Of a stretch of DNA of 53,385 bases, positions 1-9,368 are shown one piece after another. The notes under the pieces were generated by a model. It saw nothing but the letters and a program-made list of their open reading frames with translations, did no database searches and was not told where the DNA came from. The DNA lies in the NCBI GenBank assembly GCA_028280145.1, contig JANQMM010000063.1:1-53385 (forward strand), given 5' to 3'. Both the position numbers and the translations under genes were made by a program. Every line of letters begins with the position of its first letter. The stretch's first letter is position 1. This DNA comes from Minisyncoccota bacterium (GTDB taxonomy: Bacteria; Patescibacteriota; Minisyncoccia; Phycocordibacterales; JACZSL01).

Positions 1-165
1 GTGGGCAACGCCCGTGAAGTGATGTACCACGATGGACCTGCTGATGGTATTACCACTGATCAGGGCTCAACAACAGTTGGTTTCCAAGCAGAGATTATGA
101 ACTATCAGGAGGCCGGAACGGACTACACAGCAGTCATTACATACGTTGCAACACCTGTGTTCTAA
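1..165 (+). CDS. 3' end of a gene truncated by the window edge (hypothetical, probably secreted)
   Basis: Frame 1 is open from base 1 to TAA at 163-165 (VGNAREVMYHDGP...YTAVITYVATPVF*) and is followed by a terminator hairpin. Confidence 0.7.
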   Translation: MGNAREVMYHDGPADGITTDQGSTTVGFQAEIMNYQEAGTDYTAVITYVATPVF

Positions 166-199
166 AAGAACTCTGAACACGTTTCATTATCTGTTTCAA

Positions 200-228
200 A
201 AAACACTCGCGCGGTGCGGGTGTTTTTT
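200..228 (+). terminator. Intrinsic terminator
   Basis: AAAACACTCGC-gcggt-GCGGGTGTTTTTT hairpin with T tract. Confidence 0.7.
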
Positions 229-243
229 GCTATCATGTCGCTC

Positions 244-912
244 ATGACCGAGAATAAACGGAAAGAAAGAGAAAAACGAGCCCGACTCATGGTCGCAGAA
301 CTGAAAAAGATCTATCCGAATGCCACAACTGAACTTAATTGGAATACACATTTTGAATTATTGGTTGCGGTCATCCTTTCCGCACAGTGCACCGATAAAC
401 GAGTAAATGAGGTAACGAAAGACCTTTTCAAGAAGTACAGAAAACTTAATGATTACGTTAATGCAAACATAGCAGAATTTGAGAAAGATATACGATCAAC
501 GGGTTTTTATCGAAATAAGACAAAAAATATATTGGGAGCGGCGCGGGTTGTAAAAGAGCAGTTCAACGGGCGTGTTCCAAAGACCATGGAAGAAATGCTT
601 ACCATTCCGGGGGTGGCACGCAAGACAGCAAATGTGGTTCTTGGGAATGCATATGGTATTTATGAAGGAATAGCTGTTGATACGCACGTACGACGGCTTG
701 CCCTTAAATTTGACTTAACCGATTCAAAGAATCCTGTTCAGATTGAGCGAGATCTTATGGAGATCATTCCAAAGAAAGACTGGAAATGGGTGAATCACCA
801 AATGGTGCTGTATGGCCGATATATTTGTACCGCTCGCCCGCATGACTGCGAAGATCATCCGCTTACCAAGCTATATCCGAAAGCTGCCTTAACGTGGCCT
901 ACTTCGCGGTAA
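244..912 (+). CDS. nth: Endonuclease III (HhH-GPD glycosylase)
   Basis: ELLVAVILSAQCTD, HhH IPGVARKTANVV, AVDTHVRR. Start moved to ATG 244 because GTG 214 lies inside the terminator and TGnTATCAT sits 7 nt before 244. Confidence 0.93.
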   Translation: MTENKRKEREKRARLMVAELKKIYPNATTELNWNTHFELLVAVILSAQCTDKRVNEVTKDLFKKYRKLNDYVNANIAEFEKDIRSTGFYRNKTKNILGAARVVKEQFNGRVPKTMEEMLTIPGVARKTANVVLGNAYGIYEGIAVDTHVRRLALKFDLTDSKNPVQIERDLMEIIPKKDWKWVNHQMVLYGRYICTARPHDCEDHPLTKLYPKAALTWPTSR

Positions 913-981
913 ATAGCCAACACTTTACATCTTTTTCGTGTCGATTTAGAGTAGATATATATAACTTACTATTTTAGAATC

Positions 982-2226
982 ATGAAAATACTACCTATTA
1001 CACTTTTGGCTTTCTTTGCGGGTTCAATCGGAGTGCTCTACGCCGAACAGATTGATCCGCCTTCCTTAGAGCTGGACGCGGGTCAGGCTGATGTAAGGGC
1101 GGTTTCTGCCGTGTCAGTTGAAAGGGATGCCGCTTCTGAGACGGAGGATACGCAGACAGATGACGCAACCTCAGTTGAACCGGAAATGATCAGTATGGAC
1201 CTGACCACAAGCGAGAGCGCAACGTCACAAGAAAGCGTATCCGGTTTTCTAAAAATTGATGGCATAGATGGAGAGTCGACAGATAATGAGAGCTCTGGCT
1301 CAGACGGAAGAGATGTAACGACACCTACTCCTACCACCTTTGGAGTTGAACGTGAGATGAAAGAGTCAGGAGAAAAGGGAGGAACAGAAGATATTAATAT
1401 TGGAGTCGGGGAGTTGCACGAAAGTGATCCGCATGAAGATTGGATCATTATCGAAAGCGCTGTCGATTCAGAAATGAATAAGGCAGACTTAGTGGAGAGA
1501 ATAACAACTGATTCCGATGGAGGCCTTCAGGCCATATATATAAAACTTCCCGACATTGAAGGGGAAAGTTCCTCAAAGAAGAAACCAAAAGAGATAGTGG
1601 TTGTTGGAAGCAAGGTGCGTAGTGAAAATACGCCTCAATTAGTGCGTGATGTCGGAGAAGACACAGCTGTTGCGGATTCCTTCTTTGATATATGGGTGGA
1701 TGCTGCCGACCCTGCACAAGCGTCGTCTCCAGACTCGTTTTTCGACATTTTCGTTGACGCAGGTGAAGAACGATCGACTCCGGATTCCTTCTTTGATATT
1801 TTCGTTGATGTCACCGATCAAGACCTACAACTCCAGGCAGTCAGCGTTGCCCAAAATGATGAAAGCATAGAACAGGTAACTGTTTTGGAAGAAGCGGTTC
1901 GTGTCGATTATCGTGCGCACATAAAGTTGTTTGGTTTTATTCCACTTACTACAACAAGATCTGTGGAGGTTGAAACAAATGCTCTTGGTGTCGGGAATGT
2001 GGAAGTTGATCTTCCCTGGTGGCATGTTCTTGCGCGCAAGGATGTCGACTCTGAAGCTCTCAAACAAGAACTCGAAAAATCATTTGAGAGCAACATTCCT
2101 TCAGTAGAAACAGCTGACAAACGACCGACTGAAGAGGTGGCATTCTATTACAACAAGATACGAGCACAGGTGTTAAAAACAATTGGGGAAGTCGGAACGC
2201 AGGATGAAAAAGGTGGCGATATTTGA
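982..2226 (+). CDS. Secreted acidic protein containing a mosaic of Hcp-like and other short motifs
   Basis: Signal-peptide-like N-terminus (MKILPITLLAFFAG...YA-EQ); D/E/S/T-rich; FLKIDGIDGESTD, 3x DSFFDI(W/F)VD, KLFGFIP...PWW. Confidence 0.8.
   Translation: MKILPITLLAFFAGSIGVLYAEQIDPPSLELDAGQADVRAVSAVSVERDAASETEDTQTDDATSVEPEMISMDLTTSESATSQESVSGFLKIDGIDGESTDNESSGSDGRDVTTPTPTTFGVEREMKESGEKGGTEDINIGVGELHESDPHEDWIIIESAVDSEMNKADLVERITTDSDGGLQAIYIKLPDIEGESSSKKKPKEIVVVGSKVRSENTPQLVRDVGEDTAVADSFFDIWVDAADPAQASSPDSFFDIFVDAGEERSTPDSFFDIFVDVTDQDLQLQAVSVAQNDESIEQVTVLEEAVRVDYRAHIKLFGFIPLTTTRSVEVETNALGVGNVEVDLPWWHVLARKDVDSEALKQELEKSFESNIPSVETADKRPTEEVAFYYNKIRAQVLKTIGEVGTQDEKGGDI
1675..1809 (+). repeat. Three intragenic repeats encoding DSFFDI(W/F)VD
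   Basis: Copies at 1675, 1732 and 1783; copies 1 and 3 share CGGATTCCTTCTTTGATAT. Confidence 0.85.
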
Positions 2227-2887
2227 TGTTGACGGGACCATTTTTCGCTCTAGCTTACTGATCGAGTTCGTTGAGGCGCTTGCGGCGAAAGGCGTCATCT
2301 CAGAAGAAGCTCCTCACGAATACGCTCGGGAATACGAAGCTTGGCGAAATCGAAATGGTAGCTACGATGCGTATATTGGAGCTGTTGTAGATACGTTCTT
2401 ACACAATATCAAAGGGGTATTCTACGGTGACTTTAAGGATATTGCAGATGCCGTCATAGAGGAGCAAAAGCATCGAGTATACCGCTATACGAGAGACCTC
2501 GTTCAAGCCCTGAAGAAGGACAATTACTTTATCCTTGCGATCTCGCAATCACCAAAAACAATACTGGATCCGTTTTGTCTGCACATGGGTTTTGATAAGG
2601 TGTACGGACGTCTCTATGAGCTTGGTCCACAGGACCGTTTCACCGGTGAGATAATAGACCTGCATCTCATCGCAAATAAAGCAAACGTATTGAAACGTGC
2701 GGTTGAAAAAGAACACTTGACCCTCGAGGGTTCTGTTGGTGTTGGTGATACGGATGGAGATATCCCGTTTCTTGAACTCGTTGATAAGCCCATTTGTTTC
2801 AATCCAAACGACCTCTTGTATAAGGAGGCAAAGCGACGAAATTGGCAAGTAGTTGTTGAAAGGAAGAATGTCATCTATGAGCTCTAA
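2204..2887 (+). CDS. HAD-IB family hydrolase (SerB-like)
   Basis: MKKVAIFDVDGT motif I, GVGDTDGD motif IV, PICFNP. Confidence 0.85.
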   Translation: MKKVAIFDVDGTIFRSSLLIEFVEALAAKGVISEEAPHEYAREYEAWRNRNGSYDAYIGAVVDTFLHNIKGVFYGDFKDIADAVIEEQKHRVYRYTRDLVQALKKDNYFILAISQSPKTILDPFCLHMGFDKVYGRLYELGPQDRFTGEIIDLHLIANKANVLKRAVEKEHLTLEGSVGVGDTDGDIPFLELVDKPICFNPNDLLYKEAKRRNWQVVVERKNVIYEL

Positions 2888-3176
2888 ATGGAAAGTCAAA
2901 ATAGAAAAAGTTGGAGAAACCATAGAGGCTCGTATCTTTGAAGCGGTCGTTATCGATACTGGTGAGGAATATCCATTCAAAGTGACGGTTGATAAAACAT
3001 ATTCGGAGGAATTGTTTGGTAAAAGTATTCCACTGATACTGCTTGTACAACAATCATTCATGTTTTTACTTGAGCGCGAACCGGTCACCTCAATTCTGCG
3101 GGACTTTAATCTTCGGGAAATTCAAACCTATTTTCCTGAATATGAAGAAACGATGCGAACGTTATTTGCCGCATGA
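2877..3176 (+). CDS. Conserved hypothetical protein
   Basis: Overlaps both neighbours (ATGA overlap with mutY); recognisable SFxFLLEREP..SIL..F.L..I..YFPEYE motif. Confidence 0.7.
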   Translation: MSSKWKVKIEKVGETIEARIFEAVVIDTGEEYPFKVTVDKTYSEELFGKSIPLILLVQQSFMFLLEREPVTSILRDFNLREIQTYFPEYEETMRTLFAA

Positions 3177-3964
3177 ACACCGGAACATTTCAAAAAAAAG
3201 TGTGGCAGCACTATCGAACGCACAAGCGCACACTTCCGTGGCGTAATGCCACAAATCCGTATCACGTGTTGCTCTCAGAGCTCATGCTCCAACAGACACA
3301 AGTAGATCGTGTATTGCCAAAATATGAAGCCTTTTTGAAGAAGTATCCTACCCTTACTTCACTTAAGAGGGCGGCGCTTCGTGATGTGCTAGTGCTTTGG
3401 CAGGGTCTTGGGTATAACCGAAGGGCCAAGTTTCTTCATCAAATAGCAAAAATTACAAACGGCAAACTTCCCAAAACATACGCAGAACTTATTGCGCTTC
3501 CCGGCATCGGTCACTACACCGCAGCTGCGATCATGAATTTTGCCTACGGCGTTGCCACACCGATGATCGAGACAAATATTCGCTCGGTGTATATCTTTTT
3601 CTTCTTCAAGGGCGCACATAGTGTTGATGACAAGGAGATTCTTGCTGTTGTTAAGAGAACGATGGATACAGATGATCCTAAGGGATGGTTCAACGCGCTT
3701 ATGGATTATGGCTTACATATAAAGCGGAGGGTTGGCAATGTCAATAAAAAGAGCAAGCACTATACTAAGCAGTCAAAGTTCGAGGGTTCTAATCGAGAGG
3801 TCCGCGGTCGCATCATTAAAGCGCTTACAGAAAAGCCTGCGCTCTCTATGCGCTCCTTAAAGGAAATAACACGTACCGCTCCAAGACAGATAAAAGAAAA
3901 TCTTGCCCGATTGGAGCAAGAAGGAATGATTCGGCGCAAGAAACGATCTTACACGTTGGCCTAA
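3173..3964 (+). CDS. mutY: A/G-specific adenine glycosylase, short form with C-terminal wHTH-like tail
   Basis: RTLPWR, PYHVLLSELMLQQTQV, WQGLGYNRRA, LPGIGHYTA, NALMDYG. Confidence 0.88.
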   Translation: MNTGTFQKKVWQHYRTHKRTLPWRNATNPYHVLLSELMLQQTQVDRVLPKYEAFLKKYPTLTSLKRAALRDVLVLWQGLGYNRRAKFLHQIAKITNGKLPKTYAELIALPGIGHYTAAAIMNFAYGVATPMIETNIRSVYIFFFFKGAHSVDDKEILAVVKRTMDTDDPKGWFNALMDYGLHIKRRVGNVNKKSKHYTKQSKFEGSNREVRGRIIKALTEKPALSMRSLKEITRTAPRQIKENLARLEQEGMIRRKKRSYTLA

Positions 3965-5136
3965 CGCGTATCTTCAATACGAAACGCAAAGAATATACCG
4001 GCAAGAGTGACGAGTCCGAGAACCACCCAGATGTGTTGTATGTCCATGAAGAGCAGAGCAAGCGTGCCGACTGCCGGACCTGCCACATAGGCGACTGGTC
4101 GCGTTATCCTAAAAAAGCCAATGGTATTGTTATCGGTTGCGTTTACGTGTTTAAAGAAGTAGCTTTCAGACATTATCTCGATCAGACTTGCTCCGATGCG
4201 CGTTATAAGAAGTAGCATTGCCCACACAATGAATGTGTTTGCGGTAATAAAAGCAAGAAGGAAGGTGAATACGCCTGCGATAAGAAAACCTGTGATCAGA
4301 AGTTCTTTTTCCCCTAAATATTTGTCCGCGATCTTACCCGCAGGGTATTCAAGGAGTACAAAAGGAAGGAGCATGATAGCCGTGATGAAGCCTATTTCCG
4401 CCCACGAGAATCCGATATGGGCGTGGAGATAGATCGGCATATAAATAACCATCCATGAGAAGAAAAATCTCATGATGAATTGAGACATAAGTATATTGTA
4501 GAGATTTTTATGCTCTATGATACAGCGCAGTGTGCCTCGTATCCGTATCCGATGGTACTCCGGGTCTTTGAAGTCCTTGAATGAACGAATGATCATCAGA
4601 AATGGTATGAGAAACAGTGCTGATGTCAGATATATTTTCCAATAGTCTCCATTTGTGAGCATGAGTCCTGATACAAGTGGGGCAAGAATGAGGGCCATGT
4701 TGACCACAGTGAGAAACGTACCTCGAACCGCACCAGTTTCGCCTTCTTGCTTCGTGTACCCCTCAAGAAAGACGTCAAAGTTGAATAAAATGAGAGGAAA
4801 CGTCACTGCGTGCAGAATGAAGAGCGGCACTGCCGTGTAGAAGGACTGGGAAAATGCGAGCCCCAAAAAAATGAAGAACTCAACGAACGTAAGAGCAAGA
4901 AGGGTTTTATAATTTCCGACAAGTCGCAGTAATCGTGCAATATAGATGAGTGCCGGGATGCTTATGGCAGAGCTTATGATATAGATCGAGCCAACCAGTC
5001 TTTCATCCACAAAGGTGCTTAAAAAACTTGAGTTCATATACACCACGAAGAACAGGTGGAAAGAGAGAACAAAGCTCGAAACATACAACAATCCAAAAGT
5101 GTGCTTGTTCTTTTGAGCCAGTGATTCACCAATCAT
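3961..5136 (-). CDS. MFS transporter
   Basis: About 12 hydrophobic segments; PAGKIADKYLGEK motif-A-like loop. Confidence 0.85.
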   Translation of the reverse strand: MIGESLAQKNKHTFGLLYVSSFVLSFHLFFVVYMNSSFLSTFVDERLVGSIYIISSAISIPALIYIARLLRLVGNYKTLLALTFVEFFIFLGLAFSQSFYTAVPLFILHAVTFPLILFNFDVFLEGYTKQEGETGAVRGTFLTVVNMALILAPLVSGLMLTNGDYWKIYLTSALFLIPFLMIIRSFKDFKDPEYHRIRIRGTLRCIIEHKNLYNILMSQFIMRFFFSWMVIYMPIYLHAHIGFSWAEIGFITAIMLLPFVLLEYPAGKIADKYLGEKELLITGFLIAGVFTFLLAFITANTFIVWAMLLLITRIGASLIEIMSESYFFKHVNATDNNTIGFFRITRPVAYVAGPAVGTLALLFMDIQHIWVVLGLVTLAGIFFAFRIEDTR

Positions 5137-5143
5137 AGACTTA

Positions 5144-7132
5144 TTATACTCCGAGTACAACCGGTATAACTATTGGTCGTTTGTTTGTTTTCTGGTAGAG
5201 GAAACGACTTACGTCATCTGTGACATTTGCCTTCACGTGATCGAAGTTGATCGGGTTCATGTCTTTTGCAGTCGTCTCAACCGTGCGTTTTACGATCAGA
5301 CGGGTCTGTTGTAAGAGTTCCTGGCTTTCGCGCAGGTATACGAAACCGCGAGAAATAATGTCCGGTGATTTGCGGAGCTTTCCGGTCTTGAGATTAATGG
5401 TCGCAATGATCACAAACATACCGTCTTGGGCAAGCAATTTTCTGTCCCGGATAAGCACTTCCTGTACGTCTCCAATAGAGAACCCGTCGACGATACGAAG
5501 GCTATCCGGTGCTTTTTCTTTTAGCTTCACTATCTTTTTGCCGCCATCTCGTATCTCAATGATGGAACTGTTATCAGGAATGACACAGTTACCTTCAGCA
5601 ACTCCCGCATCTCTTGCTATGTCGGTGTGTACAGTGAGCATGTAATGATATCCGTGCAGTGGAATGAAGAACTTTGCTCCGATTTTCTTGTGGATCCATA
5701 GTGTCTCATCACGGTTTGCATGCCCTGAAGAGTGTACATCAGATGTCTGGTAGGTGATGATGTGCGCTCCTTGTCTTGAGAGCTTGTCCTTCATGCCTTG
5801 TACTGCCCGTTCATTTCCGGGAACAACAGAAGAGGAGAGAATGATGGTGTCGGTGGGTTTTATGCGTACTTTTTTGTGAGTTTTATTTGCCATCCGCATA
5901 AGTGCGGCAAATTCATCTCCCTGAGCTCCTGTTACCATCATGACTATCTTGTTGTCCGGATATCTGTCAACTTCGTCAGGGCTGATAAAGACGGACGGAT
6001 CAACGTCAAGCATCTTTAATTGACGAACGATATCAACATTTGTTTTCATACTTCGTCCCTCAATAACGATCTTCTTCTTAAGTCTTTTTGCCACCTCGAC
6101 CATTTTCATGACACGTTCCAATTGAGAAGCAAATGTTCCGATGATCGTGCGGGCCTGAACATTCTTGATGATCTTTTCAAGATTTTCGTGTACCTTCCAC
6201 TCCGGAAATGAGAAACCGGGGCGCTCCACGTTTGTTGAGTCTGCAAGCAGAAGAAGTACATTCTCTTTTGCAAACTGTGCGAACTCCTTTTCTTCAGCTT
6301 TGCTTGGCACACCATCAACATGGTCGAGTTTAAGGTCGCCCGTGTGCACGATCTTCCCGTAAGGAGTGTCGATAATGATTCCCATTGAGTCGGGAATAGT
6401 GTGTGTTACTGCAAAGAACCCGACTGTGAGGTCACCAAGCTTGATGCTATCCGTTTTTTCTATTTCATGGACAGTAATCGGCTCTGTGTGCGGGAATTCA
6501 TCCTGTCTTTTCTTGATCATCACGCTGGTGAGACGTCTTGTGTAAATAGGCGGATTCCCAAGGCTTTCAATGACGTACGGGATGCCTCCAATGTGGTCGA
6601 GGTGTCCGTGGGTAACCAATATCGCGCGTATCTTATCTTTTCGATCCTCAAGATACTTTGTGTTTGGGAGAATGTAATCGATTCCGGGAGTGTCATCTTC
6701 ACGAAACTGAAACCCACAATCAACAATAAGAATGTCATTTCCAATTTCAAACGCTGTCATGTTTCGACCGACCTCTTCCACACCTCCAAGAGGGACAATG
6801 CGGATACTGTCTGCCGCAAGCGGCGGGATCTTGTCTTCCTTCTTTCCGTTTGCTGAGAGTTTTACGTTGACCTGCATCTTCTGCGGCTTACGTAACTTGT
6901 TTCTTGTAGCACGAGCCCGTTTTGCACGATTGATCCGGTCGCTTTTATTGCTTTTCTGTGACGTACGGGTGGCGGTTGTTTTGCGAGCCGTTTTTCTCGA
7001 AGGTATTTTTCTCGAGTTCGGACTTCCGGATGCAATCGTCCTTTTCTTCCGCACAACTTTTCTTCCGCGGGATGCCGTTGTCTTGCGTGCTGGCCCACCG
7101 CTTCTTTTTCGTCCTTTTTCTTGGTATGTCAT
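5144..7132 (-). CDS. rnj: Ribonuclease J with basic N-terminal extension
   Basis: PLGGVEEVGRNM, VDCG, THGHLDHIGG, HTGD, HSSGHA, PDIISRGFVY. Confidence 0.95.
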   Translation of the reverse strand: MTYQEKGRKRSGGPARKTTASRGRKVVRKKRTIASGSPNSRKIPSRKTARKTTATRTSQKSNKSDRINRAKRARATRNKLRKPQKMQVNVKLSANGKKEDKIPPLAADSIRIVPLGGVEEVGRNMTAFEIGNDILIVDCGFQFREDDTPGIDYILPNTKYLEDRKDKIRAILVTHGHLDHIGGIPYVIESLGNPPIYTRRLTSVMIKKRQDEFPHTEPITVHEIEKTDSIKLGDLTVGFFAVTHTIPDSMGIIIDTPYGKIVHTGDLKLDHVDGVPSKAEEKEFAQFAKENVLLLLADSTNVERPGFSFPEWKVHENLEKIIKNVQARTIIGTFASQLERVMKMVEVAKRLKKKIVIEGRSMKTNVDIVRQLKMLDVDPSVFISPDEVDRYPDNKIVMMVTGAQGDEFAALMRMANKTHKKVRIKPTDTIILSSSVVPGNERAVQGMKDKLSRQGAHIITYQTSDVHSSGHANRDETLWIHKKIGAKFFIPLHGYHYMLTVHTDIARDAGVAEGNCVIPDNSSIIEIRDGGKKIVKLKEKAPDSLRIVDGFSIGDVQEVLIRDRKLLAQDGMFVIIATINLKTGKLRKSPDIISRGFVYLRESQELLQQTRLIVKRTVETTAKDMNPINFDHVKANVTDDVSRFLYQKTNKRPIVIPVVLGV

Positions 7133-7138
7133 ATTTTT

Positions 7139-8905
7139 TTAGTTAACAAAGAAGTTCCATACATGATCCGTGTGTATATACCACTCGTGAACATTGAGGA
7201 ACCGCTCGCTTGGCGTTGTAACCGATCCAAGTCTGATGTTCTCAATATGTTGAGGAACAACATAAATAAAATCTGGTGTATAAATAAAGATCGCAGGAAT
7301 GTCATTTTCGATCTCGCTCTGGAATATCTCGAACTTCTCCAGACGCTCTTCCTTATTGCTGATCGTTCGGGCCTCTTCAAGTGCCGCATCAACAGTGATG
7401 TTTGCGTAGAGGGCGATGTTAAGTCCCGGGTCATTTCTTTGCGATGAGTGCCAGAATGCAAAAAGATCAAGTTCGCGTCCGACGATCTCTCCGAAGAGCA
7501 AAGCATCGTATTTGCGGGGACGAATGACATTCTGATTCAGGTCTCCTGTCTCAAACACATTTACGTCAACGAGTGCGCCGATCGCTTCCCATTCTTCCTT
7601 TACAATGTTTGCGACCGCCTTAAGCTCGGGGATATTTGCTGTTGCGATGGAAAACTCAAGCCGATCGACCCCGTCATTTTCTTCCTTCTCCCACACACCA
7701 CTTTCTTCGTTTACAGTCCACTGGTTGCGTTCCAGAATGTCAATTGCACGTTTCTTTTGTGACAGTGCTTCTAGTTCAAGCTCTTCCGCACTCAATTCTC
7801 TTTCCGGGAGTATTCCGGGCGGAATCGGGCTGTCGATCGCGGTGCCAAATCCGCCAAGGACTTCACGTACGATGCGTTCTTTATCAAGCGCAACATCAAG
7901 AGCCCTTCGAACTTCAATGTGTGCAAAGACCGATGCCCGGTTTTGATTGAAAAAGACACCAAAAATACGAGGGAGGGGCACTTGTTCTATCTGCATATCT
8001 GACGTATTGAGTTCTGCGTATGCAAGGTTGTTGGTCGATATGCTGTTGATCGAATCGACTTCACCATTTATGTATGCGTCGATCAAGAAATCTTCATTCG
8101 GGTAAAAGTACACACGTACTGATTCGATATACGGCCTGCCGAGAGCGTATCCATCAAAACTGTCCAATTCATAGTAGACCGGAATTCCTGAAGAACTTCT
8201 TTTTATTTCTTGTATTTCGAAGGGTCCTGATCCGATCGGATTGGTGTTGAACTCGCTAAAGGCGACCTCTTCGGTATTTGCAGTACCCCAAATGTGTTCG
8301 GGGAGGATGCCAAGCGAGAGGTTTTCAATGAAGGGAGCGTATGGCTGTTCGAGAGTGAACACCACTTCCGTATCGCTCACTTTTTCCACCAGAACGCCTT
8401 CCCAGCTTCCACGTCGCGGACTTTTGATGGTGGGGTTCTGGATGAGTTTCACGGTAAAGACGACATCATCTGCGGTGATCAGTTCACCATCATGAAATTC
8501 AGCATCTTCACGTAGAAACACCGTATATACCAGCCCGTCTTCTGAGACGGTGTGTCCGCGCGCAATATCGTGGACAAATGACCCGTCGGGGGTCGGCTTA
8601 ATGAGTCCGCTATATACAAGCGCTGTCAGGTCTCGATCCGCTTCTGATTGGGCAAGAAGCGGGTTGATGAATCGTGGCGAGCCGACAACACCTTCGGCAA
8701 AACTCCCGCCCTCAGCCGGTATCTCAACAAGTAAATTCTTGTTCACCTGATTCAACAGCGATAGTGTGCTTATGAGGAAGATCGCGCCGAGTACAAGAAA
8801 TAACAGCTTCTCAAAAGGAGAAAAGTCCCGATTGATTCTAAGCGATCTTTTTGAGCTCGTGGTGGGGTAAGGCTCATTCACGTTGTCTGAATGTATTGAG
8901 TCCAT
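7139..8905 (-). CDS. ABC transporter substrate-binding protein, family 5 (peptide/nickel)
   Basis: N-terminal TM helix, FHDGELITADDVVFT, PIGSGPF, VRRAL..ALDK. Confidence 0.88.
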   Translation of the reverse strand: MDSIHSDNVNEPYPTTSSKRSLRINRDFSPFEKLLFLVLGAIFLISTLSLLNQVNKNLLVEIPAEGGSFAEGVVGSPRFINPLLAQSEADRDLTALVYSGLIKPTPDGSFVHDIARGHTVSEDGLVYTVFLREDAEFHDGELITADDVVFTVKLIQNPTIKSPRRGSWEGVLVEKVSDTEVVFTLEQPYAPFIENLSLGILPEHIWGTANTEEVAFSEFNTNPIGSGPFEIQEIKRSSSGIPVYYELDSFDGYALGRPYIESVRVYFYPNEDFLIDAYINGEVDSINSISTNNLAYAELNTSDMQIEQVPLPRIFGVFFNQNRASVFAHIEVRRALDVALDKERIVREVLGGFGTAIDSPIPPGILPERELSAEELELEALSQKKRAIDILERNQWTVNEESGVWEKEENDGVDRLEFSIATANIPELKAVANIVKEEWEAIGALVDVNVFETGDLNQNVIRPRKYDALLFGEIVGRELDLFAFWHSSQRNDPGLNIALYANITVDAALEEARTISNKEERLEKFEIFQSEIENDIPAIFIYTPDFIYVVPQHIENIRLGSVTTPSERFLNVHEWYIHTDHVWNFFVN

Positions 8906-9029
8906 CTAAATCTATAAGGAGTATAGCAATCTGTGATAGTTCTATTTAAGCATGTAATACTAATAATAAAAACAGCAAAAAACGCATTACTGTGAACACA
9001 ACTCCTTCTAACCGAAGGGCGAGAGTGTT

Positions 9030-9263
9030 TTAGAGGATGAGTGCGATAAAAGCAGACAGAGCGAAAAGCACGGCAAGAACGATCGTCGCGTTGAACAAGA
9101 TCTTCTCCGAACCTCGTCTGGTATGAAAACCTGCGCTAAAGTTGTCGCTTCCAAATGCACCTCCCAGTCCCGAACCAGTTTGCTGCAAGAGTATTGCGGC
9201 CACAAGTAGAAAGGAGAGCGCGATCTGGATATATGGCAATACAGCCTGAATTATCGCAATCAT
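9030..9263 (-). CDS. secG: Preprotein translocase subunit SecG
   Basis: Two TM helices flanking ILLQQTGSGLGGAFG...RRGSEKIL. Confidence 0.92.
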   Translation of the reverse strand: MIAIIQAVLPYIQIALSFLLVAAILLQQTGSGLGGAFGSDNFSAGFHTRRGSEKILFNATIVLAVLFALSAFIALIL

Positions 9264-9368
9264 TTGAGCTTGAGTATATCAGGAAACCCAATTCTTGCAA
9301 GCAGGGTTGTTATCAGTATACTTATGATACTTAATCTATTATTAACAGTAGTTATCTAGATTTACGCT

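Noticed and set aside
982..2226. Annotating this gene as hcp/tssD or as HU
   Set aside because: Only short, out-of-order fragments in a signal-peptide protein; no contiguous domain and no T6SS genes in the window
9264..9368. CIRCE/HrcA operator upstream of groES
   Set aside because: No TTAGCACTC-N9-GAGTGCTAA; the TTAGCAC at 11451 has no partner arm
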